From NCBI GenBank assembly GCA_964035575.1, contig OZ037833.1, forward strand, positions 682,001-746,000: a stretch of DNA of 64,000 bases, read 5' to 3'. The notes beneath the pieces are model-generated. The model was not told the DNA's origin. It did no database searches and was given only the letters and a program-made list of their open reading frames with translations. Positions 10,574 to 22,319 of the stretch are shown piece by piece (within the stretch, counting starts at the first letter, position 1; each line of letters opens with the position of its first letter). Origin of the DNA: Rhynchopus sp. YZ270_cl-10. Lineage: Eukaryota. A program made the position numbers and the translations under genes.

Positions 10574-11685
10574 AAACAAAACAATTGACAAGGGGTGGCA
10601 AAAAAAAAATATTCCTCTTTTTCCGGTTATTCTTGTGTATCGATGTTTCTGGATCTGAAAATCGGATTTTTTTGTTTTACGCAAGGGTGTACAGGGGAAC
10701 GGGAAAATGTCGTTGCGTGAGGGTTGAACATAAAAAAACGCTTATAAGATGAACCTAAGTCTAAGGTAAACTTAGCCACCTTGAGAAAAAAAAATGGCAA
10801 ACGTTTTATCAACTAAGCCTCTCATGCTTAGTCAACCTTGAACTGAAAAGAAAAATGAAAAAAAAAAAAAATAATTAAACCAAGGCAATTCAGGTGTGGC
10901 TAAATAAAGCATAGGTTTGGTTAGATTGCGGCCAATCCTCCCCTCCCTCCCCTCCCTCCCTTCCCCTCACCATTCGCATCGTCGTAACTTTAAAAAAGTT
11001 ACTTATTTTTGAGAATAACAACAGATGCTACTTTTTTTGCTGTTGGGCAAAAAAAAATCATTTAAAAATTAAAAAAAAAGCGTAAGGAGCTAAGGCTCTC
11101 GTACTTTCTCGTCACCAACAGACCAAGGCTCCCCAGGGTTTGGCGGATGAAAAAAAACTAATTAAATGTTCACAAAGAAAAGAAAAAGAGCAGTTGAAAC
11201 GCTGCTAAAAACGCATCTCAGTTGAGCTCATCAAAAAAAAAATACATACCCCCCCCCCCCCCTTTCTTTTACAACATTGGCAAATAACTTTTACCACGTG
11301 GGGGGGAGTAAAGTTGTCTGCATCACACAATATGCTAAAAGAGCAGCGCAGACTATTTGCTTATATTTTGCTGGAATCGGGGGGAAAAAGAGAAGTTGAA
11401 AGTGCAAACGTGAGTATCGTAATAAAAGAAAAATAAAGTTTATGAGATGAACTCATGTTGTGCACGACGGTGAAGCAAATGACTTTACCGTTGTGTTCTT
11501 TCGTTCGTTCTTTACACAGTCCACCCACTACGCATGTGGATTGTTTGTAAGAAAAAAAAAGACACAAGAGAACAAGAGAACAGCTTAGATAGACTCCAGC
11601 CGTGCTCTGTCACCCCCGGAAAAAGAAAAAAGTTGAAAGTGCAAGCGTCTCACCGTTCATCGGCGGACGCAGGTTAGTTCTTAAC

Positions 11686-12752
11686 CAGGGCACTAGCTAG
11701 GTGCTTTTTTGCGGTTTCAAAACCGCAAAAACCCGGTTTTGCGGTTTGGCGGGAAAAAAAAAAAAAAAACGGAAAATCTCGGGGCAGAAGAAAAAAAAAT
11801 GTGGGGGGTTTTGGGCACTGTTCGGCCCCCTCGCCCGACCCCCAGATGACTGGCATGATAGAACCTTAATTTTTTTCTGCTCGCTTCGCTCGCGGAGTTA
11901 CTGGGGGGGGTCGAATAGTGGATCCCCCCTAAATAGTAGATCCCCCCTGTATAAATTTTTTTCCACATATTACCACAACTACTCAAAACATGAAATCTGT
12001 TGCTTTATTGGACTCATCGGGCATTTTTGTGACCTGGACATGGGGGTCAGACTCCACTTTCGAGCACCTAAAATAGGGTCAAAAAAATTGGAGTCTAAAA
12101 TTTAGGGGGGGATCTACTATTCAAAGGGGGGATCTACTATTCGACCCCCCCCAGTAACCCATATTTTTTTTGCCTGCGGCGCCATTTTCCTTTTTTGCTT
12201 CGCAAAAAAGGGGTTTGTTGAGTGACTCTGGTGTAAAACCGGCATCTTTACACCGTACCCTAATTTTTTTTGCCTGCGGCGCCATTTATTATTTTACAAT
12301 GTCTTCGGGAATCCCCTTGCAATTTGGACAGTTGCATTTTAACCGAAAATGCAATCGATTCAGGTAGAGGGGTGGTCCACGATCAGGGAGATTAAGTCAG
12401 AGCTTAGTGAGCCGGCGTGCCACCGCGGACATGGAGGAGTATGTGATAGAATGGTTGACAGCAAACAGGAGACTGGGGGGAGTATGTGCAAACGTCGGAA
12501 GCTGTGCAGACCATGCGACAACACATGCTCACGCACAGAAGCATTCTGATACATGCAATGAAGTTGGCAGGAGATTACACCACGGGTCAGTCGGGTTTAG
12601 CCCCGTAAAAAATACCCTGTAATAACCCCTTCCCAAAATCTCTCCGTCCCTCATTCGTGTGTTTTCCCTTAGTTTGTCGCCGCGCGAAATTTTTTTTTGA
12701 AACCGCAAAACCGCAAAAAAACGGGAAAAAAAAAGTCTAGCTAGTGCCCTGT
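11686..12752. mobile_element. Non-autonomous hAT-like DNA transposon
   Basis: 15-bp TIR CAGGGCACTAGCTAG...CTAGCTAGTGCCCTG with a perfect 8-bp TSD TTCTTAAC (11678-11685 and 12753-12760); subterminal AAAACCGC repeats. Confidence 0.9.
11901..12154. mobile_element. MITE with CTG(G)n...(C)nAG termini, nested in the hAT-like element
   Basis: TIR CTGGGGGGGGTCGAATAGTRGATCCCCC, flanked by TTA and TAA. Confidence 0.85.
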
Positions 12753-13560
12753 TCTTAACGGGTTATCGGAAAAAAAAAACATACACTGTTTACTCAAGGG
12801 AAATAAAGAAACTATAGTTCCCTGAGTTGAAAGTAAGCAGGAAAAATCTGTGGTTTCCCCTGACTCAGTTATCGCTTCAGAAACGTTATGTTTCAGAGAA
12901 ATCGGGGTTTTTTTAAAAAAAAATCATTTTTCTTGTGTTTCGTTCTTCTTATTCATTGGGTTTAAAAAAATGTCGTTCAAAACCAACAAAACAAAAATTG
13001 ATAACGTGCAGTCACCTCGTGGTGGATGCACGCTTCCCTCTTGTCATCTCCGTTTTATTTAAAAGTTGTTCTTAGGTTTTTTGGGTGTCGCTGCCCATAC
13101 AATTTTATGTTGGTAATGACAAAATAAGTAGCCGGTAATACTACTTCGAGGATACAACGACAGTCTTCACTCCATTTATTTATTTTTTTGTAGGGGAAAT
13201 GAAGAGAGAGAGAGCGAGAACCCAAGAGATTCGGAATTTTACCGCGTGTGCCATGTGGTTAGAGAAGAAAAAGATCTGAAGGTTTTCTTTGTGTAAAAAC
13301 CATTGCAAAATCATTTTTTTTTAAATCATTGGGAAAAAAGAAGAAAATGAGCAAAATTCTATCAAATTTGAAAAAAGATCTTTCCGCTTCTGACCTCTCA
13401 CACCGATGCCTGCAAAAAAGGGGGGATTTTTTTTGATATTTTGCGACACAAATCTTCAAAAAGAGAAAATACTTGATACGATTTTTGCAACCCATGTCAT
13501 GTCCATGTCGCTCAGTTGATTTTTACAGTTGAAACTGCTCTGCATAAAAAGACCCTCTTT

Positions 13561-16500
13561 TCATACCAAGCACTGTGTCGTTGCCAGCCATAGTCCATCC
13601 CACATCGCTTTGCAGACATCAGCAGAATCGAAGTCGCTCATTGCAATTGGCACCTTGATGTTGAGTGCCTGTTTTTTTTTTTTTTTGGATAGTTGTACGA
13701 CAGCATGAGAAACTGCAGGAAGGGTGCAAAGTGTTCTCACATACCTGACCTGCTGTGGAGAACGGTGTCCAGCGTGGCAGGTCGCCCTCTGAGCCCTTAC
13801 CCGGCTGCCCGGTGCTCAGGAAGGTGCCCCAGTAGGATTGAACCTGGGTAGAAAGGGCTCTCTCGAGGATGTTCGCCTGTGTGTGAAAGCAGGGTTGTGG
13901 ACAAAGAAACATCAGGGTAATGGGGGTAAACCTCGATGAGAGCAAAAAGGACGTCGGAGTGCACTATGTGTGCTATTGGGTTGTATCAATGCAGGTGTCT
14001 CTCTTGCATACCTTTGCCTTCGGGTCCCAGTGGTGGAACCATAGATGTGAGTTGAAGTCGCCCGGTGTGCTGCTCACATAGACGTAGACGTCTGCGCTTT
14101 TGCTGAGTGCTGAAGCCATCATGCGTACGCCACATGAGAATAGTTGGTCCTGAGGTGGGGGTGGGGGAAAAGGGCTTTTTGCATTGTGTGGATTAGTCAA
14201 AGTGCATACCGTTCTCGCCGCAATAGCAGCAAACCACTGCTCATTGTGCCCCTCAGCTGCGATGTTCTCTGCGTACTTGCTGCCTGAAAAAAAAAGAAGA
14301 ATTTTTTGATAAATTTGCAACACCTCTTATCGGTATCGGATTTTTTATTGCACCACGGGGTTATCAAAAAAAACACTATTAGACGTCCCCCTACCCCCCT
14401 ACATACTTGAAAGGTAGTACTCCGCCAGCAGGCCCTCCTTGGTCGGGTAGAATGCCTCCTGCGCCCAGGCACGCCACTGCACAGCGGACTCTGCGCTTTC
14501 GACAGCCTGAATGGTACCTGCCATGGTGTCGAGGCCGTCTGCACTGTGGTATCCGATGATGACCGGGACACCTGGCGCGTGGTCGCCTGCTTGGAGGAGA
14601 CGCCAGGGCTGGTCGGGGATCTCTTTGCCGTCGACGACTAGACCGTATACACATGGACGGTCGCCGCAGGTAGTGTAGGCAGCGCCGCTGCAGCTGTCCT
14701 TCCCTTCTTTGCAGCGGCTGATCTGCATGCCTGCGGTGTGCAGATCCAACGCACGCTTCTCGCGAAGGCATTTGAGAAGCGCACCATCCACCATCCCACT
14801 GCACGCTGTGTTCTCCACCACCTCTGCCGCCTGCGCCGCCGCCGCCACTGCGGACCTCACTACCAAAGCATGCATCGGCACAGACTGCACAATGACCTTA
14901 TTGAACAACCCCCACGACCCCTTCGACACCATATGCGCTATCGGCCACTGCGCAGACGAGCCCTGACCAAGCAGCGTCACATTCTTCGCATCACCCCCAA
15001 ACGCACGAATATTCTTCTCCACCCACCGCAGCACCGCACGCTGGTCGAGCAGCGCCAAATTCGTCGCCACCCCTGGTACATGAAGCAAACCCATCGCCCC
15101 CACCCTATAGGACGGCGTCACAACAACGGCGGTACCCATTCCATGAAGAATCGCACGCCCATCATGCCCAGAGGGGCGAGCCCAGGTACCACAACCGGAG
15201 GGGAACCAGACGACAACGGGGTGCACGGTGCGGTCCCCTTCCTCTCTGTCGGGCACCGTGACGTCCAGGTAGAGACAGTCCTCAGAGCCTCCTGCTTGGT
15301 CGACACACCCGATTTGACGATGCGACTGACGGATGTGTCCCCACTGCGCTGCCTGGGTAGGCGGCATCCACCGCTTCTCGTCTACAGGCGGGTCTGCATA
15401 GGGGATGCCCGCATAGTGGTACCCCACCACATTGCCATAGCTATCACTGAAGACCTCTCCGTTGACGACACCCAACGATGTACGCACTTTGTTGTCCCCT
15501 CTCGACGCAGCATTGGCGGCCGTATCAAAGGTCGGCAGCATCCACAACAACAAAAAGATGCACACCACAATCACCAACGGATTCGTCTGAATCCCCCCAC
15601 GCCTATTAAACGAAGAGGGCACATGGTCCAACGACTCCACTGCCAGCTCGGGAGACACCCTTTGCACTGGCTCAGCAGGAAGCCCTGCATAGACCTGATC
15701 CTCCCCTACCTCACCTCCCTTAAGGACCTGAGAGTTTTCCATGATGACAGCACCATCTAATACGACCCCTCCAGGTTGGACTAAAGCGCCTGCACGCATT
15801 GTACAATTTGACGCCAACTTTGTTGGTGCAAGCTTGATCACCATATTCTCCACAGTATGGCACGTTACATCACATTTTGTTCCAACGCAGGATTGGCTAC
15901 CGCAGGAGAACAAATCATATTCCAGCCCATATCCATACATGCACACATCGTCCCCTATCGTCGCCCCCATCGCCCTGAAGAACATAGTGTAAAATGCGGT
16001 GCCCGCTATGTCATCAAGGAGTTTGCCTGCAGCCTCCTTCACCACCATCATGATCACCCATTTACGATGGTAAGATCCATAGAACGGAAAGCTTCCTTCA
16101 CGGTACTTCCCAACCATAACCCATTTGAAGACAATAAAGAAGAGCAACTCCAGAAGTTGGATGACCATATAGGCTGGGGGTGTGATCAGAACGGTGATGG
16201 CCCAGGAGAGCAGCACCGAGCTTGGGTCGTCAGCCTGGAATATGGCAAGCTCCTCGAGGTAAAGCCAGAACACAATGGTGAGGACGTCTGCGATCGCAGG
16301 GATCGGGGCAATGACGAGAACTGTCGCGATATTGAAGATATTGAAGCCTGCCCAGCGAGCTGTGTTCTGATGGTTCCGCAGCGCCAACGTCGCCATCTCC
16401 CTCTCTGCCGGCGGTAAATGCCCCAAACTCGACGTCTGGTTTGGATCGCCATCCAGAATCCTCAACTGCACCGGCTTCCCTCCTTGATTCCCTGTTGAAA

Positions 16501-19500
16501 TACTGAGCGGAGGAAACTTATGAAACTTCGGACCAACAGTAGAGGACCCACACAACGCACCCTTTGCAACAACACATCCAGGCATGATCGTGGAATGATC
16601 TAAAACTTGAGCGCCGTTCTGCATAATCACCTTTCGGTTTTCAATGTGATCGGTCGGGCAAACAGTAACGTTAGATCCAAAAACGGAGTCTCGACCAACA
16701 GACAGCAAGTCAAACTCAAGAACTTCTACAAAATCGGTCTGCACCTTGAACCCCATCTTGACCCCCATCATGCGGTATTTCATGGCAAGAAGCTCGGTGT
16801 TGATCCACGGCTGGGTAGCAAAACGGTATTGGTTGTGGTGAGTAAGACGCTCAAGAATCCATTTTCTCAGCAACATCGAAAAGCTTGAGTCCACCCTCCC
16901 TGCTTTAAACCGCCCGATAAACAGCCATTTGTATGCGCAGGTGATGAGGAAAAAGACTTCTGCAACAAGAAGCTTTTCCACCCACGGAATGCAGAGGCAA
17001 AACAGCATGTACCTTTCGTTTGAGTCGGCGGCGTACGAGGTTAACCCATTCTCCCAGAGGTGCTCTAGGAAATACACTGCGGGCAGAATCGCGATGGCCT
17101 CAATCACAAAGATCAGCGGAATCAAACAGGCCCTGGTGTAGTTTTGCGCATTGGAAATCCCACTCCACAGCCGCGTCCCTTTCTTCATATTCCGCGCAGA
17201 CATGCCGGTAGTCGAAAGCGGTCCTACCTCGGTTCCTGGACGGAGCCTGGTTCCTTGGGTGACCCATCCTACTGGTTGGACCCTGCAGTGTTGACCTATA
17301 TGGATAGGGTACAGAGAAAGAATCCCATTTTCGAGAGCATGGGGTATGAGGGTAGCCTTGCGTTCGATTGCAACGTCGTCTTCAATGGAGATGAGGTCCG
17401 GGTCAAAGACGTCGTCTGTGTTGATCGTTACACGGTCACCTATGACGGCACCCATCATCATGAGGTATCTGTTGTACAAAAAGGTCTCCTCTGCGAATGG
17501 AGAGATCAACCGCACCGACGCCTTATGCAAATTGTTTGTCAACCACCACCGCAAATAGTATGGCCCCCAGATAGGGTACTCCCCTGGCCGTACCGTTCCA
17601 ATCAACGCCTTTTTCAACACAATGCTGTACACCAACACCGCCAGCACCGTTATAATCGAGACAACCGGGTACAACTTGAATGCCGCCCATTTCCCTTGTT
17701 CATAGTAGACAGAGAAGAGGTACATAAATCCTGGTAAAAAGGCGGCCGTCGATGTGTAAGATTCAGCCAGCATCCCGATGGCGTGGAAGAACAGAACCTT
17801 AGGGGAGGTTGAGGAGACTCCGCCCCATTTTTTGAATTTGTTCCCGCCGATGACAGGGCCGGAGGAGCCGGTGTCCTCGGGTTTGTAGTTCGCGCAGAGC
17901 TCCGCGATTTTTGAAATGGTCGGGTGCTTGTACATTGCTGTGGAGGGGATCATGGAGCCGGTCTGCTTCCTCACCAACGTCGTCACCCTCCCTGCCAGCA
18001 ACGAATTTCCCCCCAAACTCAAAAAATTCTTATGCACATCAATCTCCCCTTCACGACCTAAAATGGTTTTCCAAACGGACTCCACGATGCGTTCCGTCGG
18101 TGTAGACGCACCCACAAAGGTTGCCTCCCCTACAGGCTCTTCCACAGTAGAACCCACTGGAGGTTTTGGTAGCGCCTTTCTATCGAGCTTCCCACGGCTC
18201 GTTAAGGGAAGTGTTTCGAGAGGGAGGATGACGGACGGCACCATGTATTCAGGGACTTTGCTCTTGAGGAGCCGCATGAGGGAGGGGACGTCTGTGGATT
18301 TTGGTTCGACGTAAGCGATGATGCGCGCAGAGGCGCCCGCTCCGTCGACCAGAACAGCAACCTTGGTGATCCCTTCGCAAGACCCAATGACACTCTCGAT
18401 TTCACCCAGTTCAATTCGGAATCCACGAAGTTTCACCTGATTGTCCACACGGCCGAGAAATTCGAGGGTCGATAGGTCCGGCAACCACCGCGCGCAGTCC
18501 CCGGTTTTGTACATCCGCTCGCAGTCTCCGATTTTGCGGAAAGGGTTCTTCACAAATTTTTCGGCCGTCAACTCTGGCATGTTGAGGTAACCCTTTGCTG
18601 TGGTGACCCCTCCGAAGTGGAGTTCTCCGGGGACCCCTGCGGGGACGGGGTGGCCGCGGGCATCGAGGAGGTAGACCTTCACGTTGAGCATGGGTTTGCC
18701 GATGGGTATTTTGGTGAGTTGGATGTCCTCGCCTGGGTAGAGCTTGGGGCACTCCCAGTACGTCATATCGGCTTCGGTGGGGCCGTAGAGGTTGTGCAGG
18801 CGGGTGACGTCTGGATCGAACACTTCAAAGAATTTGTGGCATGTTTCGACAGGAAGCGCTTCACCACAGCAGATGACATGCCGCATGTCGGTAGAGTAGT
18901 TCAACCCCTCCGCCGACATATATTCAATAAGCATCGCCAGCATCGAGGGAACGTAAGTGCACAGTGTCACCTCCTGCGTTTTGGTAACCTGCACCAAATA
19001 CTCCGGGTCCTTTTGTCCCCCTTCCTTGCAAATTACTACCTGAGCTCCATAAGGCATCGGCCAGAACAACTCCCACTCTGAAATCCCAAAGGTGAACGGT
19101 GTTTTGTAGATGATTTTGTCGTCTTTGGTGATGGGGTAGAAATCTTGGAGCCATTGGGCGCGTTTTACTAATCCACGGTGGGTGACTTCGACACCTTTTG
19201 GAAGACCGGTTGTGCCGGAGGTGTAGAAGATGTAGACGTTGGTATCGGGAGATTGATTGAGCGCTTGGCGACGACGTGCCGCAGCTGCGGGGATGTCGAT
19301 AGGTTCGCCTTCAAATCGGTTGATTTCAATACGCTGTCCAGTAAACCCTTTCGGAACCTTTCCAAGCAGTGCAGTATCGGTTATAACCACAGAAGCGTTG
19401 GCATCACGCAGCATATGAAGAATACGATCCTCAGGGTAATCCGCATCAATCGGTACATAACACCCCCCGGCAAGGAGCACACCATATATCGCAATAACCT

Positions 19501-20539
19501 GCCGCATAGAACGTTCCAAAATGATTGGAACGGCAACATCAGGTTTGACCCCAAGAAGCTGAAGTTGCTTCATGACTGCATAACATCTACAGTAGACGTC
19601 GCCGTATGTCAGGGTGGTCCACTCTAAGGTATCGTCGTGGAAGGTGAGACAGGGGCGTCCTGGGAAGTCTACTGCCATGTCTTCAAATTCATCGTGAATG
19701 CATTTCGTTGCCGGATATGGTGCGGACGTAGCGTTGACACCTTCCACTACAGTAGAGGTTTCCGCATCACTGCAGATCCCTATGTCATACCAAGGTGTGT
19801 CTACGGTATGAGAACCTCCATTCACCCCAGCAATGTTCGCAAGGAGGGTTGCAAAATGCGATGACAACCGTGCTACAGTGAGTTCATCGAATAGACAGCG
19901 CCTAAAAGAGAGCTGACCACTGCAGGAAATAGGGTTGATATGGAGTTCGAGGTCGTGTGTGCATGCTCCTTCTTGCGCTCCGGTGAACCTCCACCCAACG
20001 CGTCGTGCCCCTACATCTTCTGCGGAGAATAGGACCTGAAAGAGTGGAGTATACGATTGACAAAAATCCTGTCCAAGCTCTGCGCAAATCTCTCTTAACG
20101 GTCTCCGATTCGTCAATGCACGTTGTTTCGTTTCGTGATGTGCCTTTAATACACTTAACACTGAACTGCTTGCGTCTTGCTTCTCCCCTGCTTGCGGTAC
20201 CGGGGGCAACTCTACCCGAATAGGCAGCATATCATACGACCCTGAACACTCCACAGGCGACCCTACCACGACGTCTGCGGAACGTGAATACCTTGCCAAA
20301 AGGATCTGCCATGCGGTAAGGAGGACAGTGTGTGTTGTCAGTCCGTGCCGTTCTGAGAGTGTTTCGATGGCAGACGCAGTTTGAGGCTCGATCTCGACAG
20401 GAACCGACCCCGAGGAGTAGTCCCTCGCATTCTCTTGCGTCCGGTGCCGATCCGTCAAGAGGTCGATCAACGGCGGCGCGTCCTCAAAGTAGGTTCTCCA
20501 GAACGCGATGCTCTCGTGGCGGGAGGGTGAGTCAAGCAT
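13561..20539 (-). CDS. NRPS-like membrane synthetase: partial C, A, T, Pls-type (TM + LbH)x3 terminal module, TM, carboxylesterase-like domain. Exons 20539-14407, 14283-14210, 14149-14012, 13876-13745, 13668-13561.
   Basis: A-domain motifs YTSGTTGLPKG, NLYGPTE, YKTGD, GRVDNQVKLRGFRIELGEIE and GKLDR. T-domain FLSLGGNSLL. Three PGxYP/W...GAxIG hexapeptide blocks interleaved with TM helices. COesterase motifs GIPYADPP, SEDCLYLDV, FGGDAKNVT and YWGTF..GQP. Four frame-preserving GT-AG introns. Confidence 0.9.
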
Positions 20540-21698
20540 TGCACAAAAGTAGATATTTACAATCAATAGAAAGAGGTTGACTTATAGTTTTTCCCCCTTC
20601 TGGAAAACCCCAAAAATGGGGGTAAAAAAAGGGTCAGAAAAACCGGGTAGGGTGGGGGGGGAAGTATAAGGGGGGGTGGTGTGTGTTGTTGTTGAAACCC
20701 AAAAAAGGAAAGGGGGGTTGCTCCTGGGGTTGTGGGTGGGGTGGGTGTGGGTGGGGTTTTATAGTAGAAATACTACGATGCAGATCAATACGCTATCTTC
20801 ACGCACACAGGAAAAAAAAAAGGGAAACGAAACAGGGGTGAGAGTTTGTTAGTTGCATGCTTATTGGGGTCCAAAAGGGGGTTTATCACTGGAAAAGTTA
20901 AAAAATAGAGTTGTGTGATTTTGGCGCACTGTGCCGAAACAATATGAGATTGGAGGAAGAGAGAGCGGCGTAAAGAAAGTGTCAACCTTTTTTTTTTTTT
21001 GAAATCGATATTTGCTGGTACACACGTTGTTAGAGAGGGGGAAGGGGATGAGTTGGAATACAATACTTTGTTGGTGCTCCGGGAGGGGTCGATATTGACA
21101 GGTCGCTGACACAGGGACTCTGTACACACACCCCCCTGATATTGACGGCGGGTCACCGACAGGTCGTGACACGTCGCTGACAGGTCGTTGACCGACTTCC
21201 GAAAGCACCACTTTTGCTTTTTTTGTCCAACACACGAAAAAATCTTGTTGAAAGTTAAATTTCTTTGCGATACTCACCCAACCTAGGTAGGGGTCTGTAC
21301 TCAAAGTCACCCGAATGGGATATTTGTACTGAAAATGAAGAGAAAAAAAATTAGACGTAAAAGTGGTCCTGAAGGTCTCAGAATTATTGTTTTTTGTGGC
21401 GTAAATCAAGGGCTAACTTCTCCAGCCTAGCCTGTATAAAAAGTAAATAGGTTGCTTTCTTGGTTTGTACCTTTTTTGTTTTGTTTTGTTTGTTTTCTTA
21501 CTTTTTTGAAAACTTTTTCGCCGTTCCTTTTATGTACAATCCTGGAAACTCCGAGAAAATGAAGTCAGCAGGCTTTTAAAAAAAAGTATCGATAACCACA
21601 TCACCAATTGGCATTTTGACTCGAAGCCTGGGTACTTTTTTTTTTGTGTAGATCCCCCTGAGGATATTGCCCCACTGTGTTTTTGTTTTTGTTTTTTT

Positions 21699-21761
21699 GA
21701 TAAATTGTTGGAGTAGTGTAGTTGCCTCGGTTGTGTTGCCACAGTTTGTGCAATCTCCACT
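21699..21761 (-). repeat. Dispersed ~63-nt intergenic motif A, copy 1
   Basis: GATAAATTGTTGGAGTAGTGTAGTTGCCTCGGTTGTGTTGCCACAGTTTGTGCAATCTCCACT (+ strand); five co-oriented copies in the window. Confidence 0.85.
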
Positions 21762-22319
21762 GTCTTTTTTGCTTTTTGTTACATTCTTATTTTTTGTTAC
21801 AGCCCCCCACTATCACCTATTTCCCTTACCCTTAGTTTGACTGGAAAAAGAAAAAAAAAATGCTGGATAAAATGGGTGTTGTCCATCCTCATTTGTTTTC
21901 TTTTCCTTTTCCTTTTTTTTTGAAAACTTGGTTATTATAGTGCCGTCACCCCGAGGATGATCACCACTATACTATACACACCCTTTCTTAGAAACGCACA
22001 TAATAAAACACGTGTAATCCCTTTGAATAACGATCGATATATTACACAATCTCAATTCACGAAAAAAAAGTGCTGTTTTGTTTGTTTTGTTTTGTTTTGT
22101 TTTTTTGTCCCACATTTAGGTTAACCTTTTCGAATCGTAAAAACGTCTCCTCACTACGTAACCAAACTGCTTAAACCCAACCCCGTTTCCCCTTTTTTAT
22201 TGTATTTTTTTACTGCAACCTACCTAGTGGTTCGGTAGCTGCGATGAATTTTTTTTTTTTGTTGGTTTGGGTGAGGTTTCCCAAAGTCCCGGGCACATGT
22301 GTTTTGGTGGAGTACTGCT

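Noticed and set aside
819..20539. Methyltransferase and cyclase-like genes as a biosynthetic cluster with the NRPS-like gene
   Set aside because: The methyltransferase is a protein-lysine type, no PPTase, transporter or tailoring genes are nearby, and co-orientation is uninformative in a polycistronic genome.
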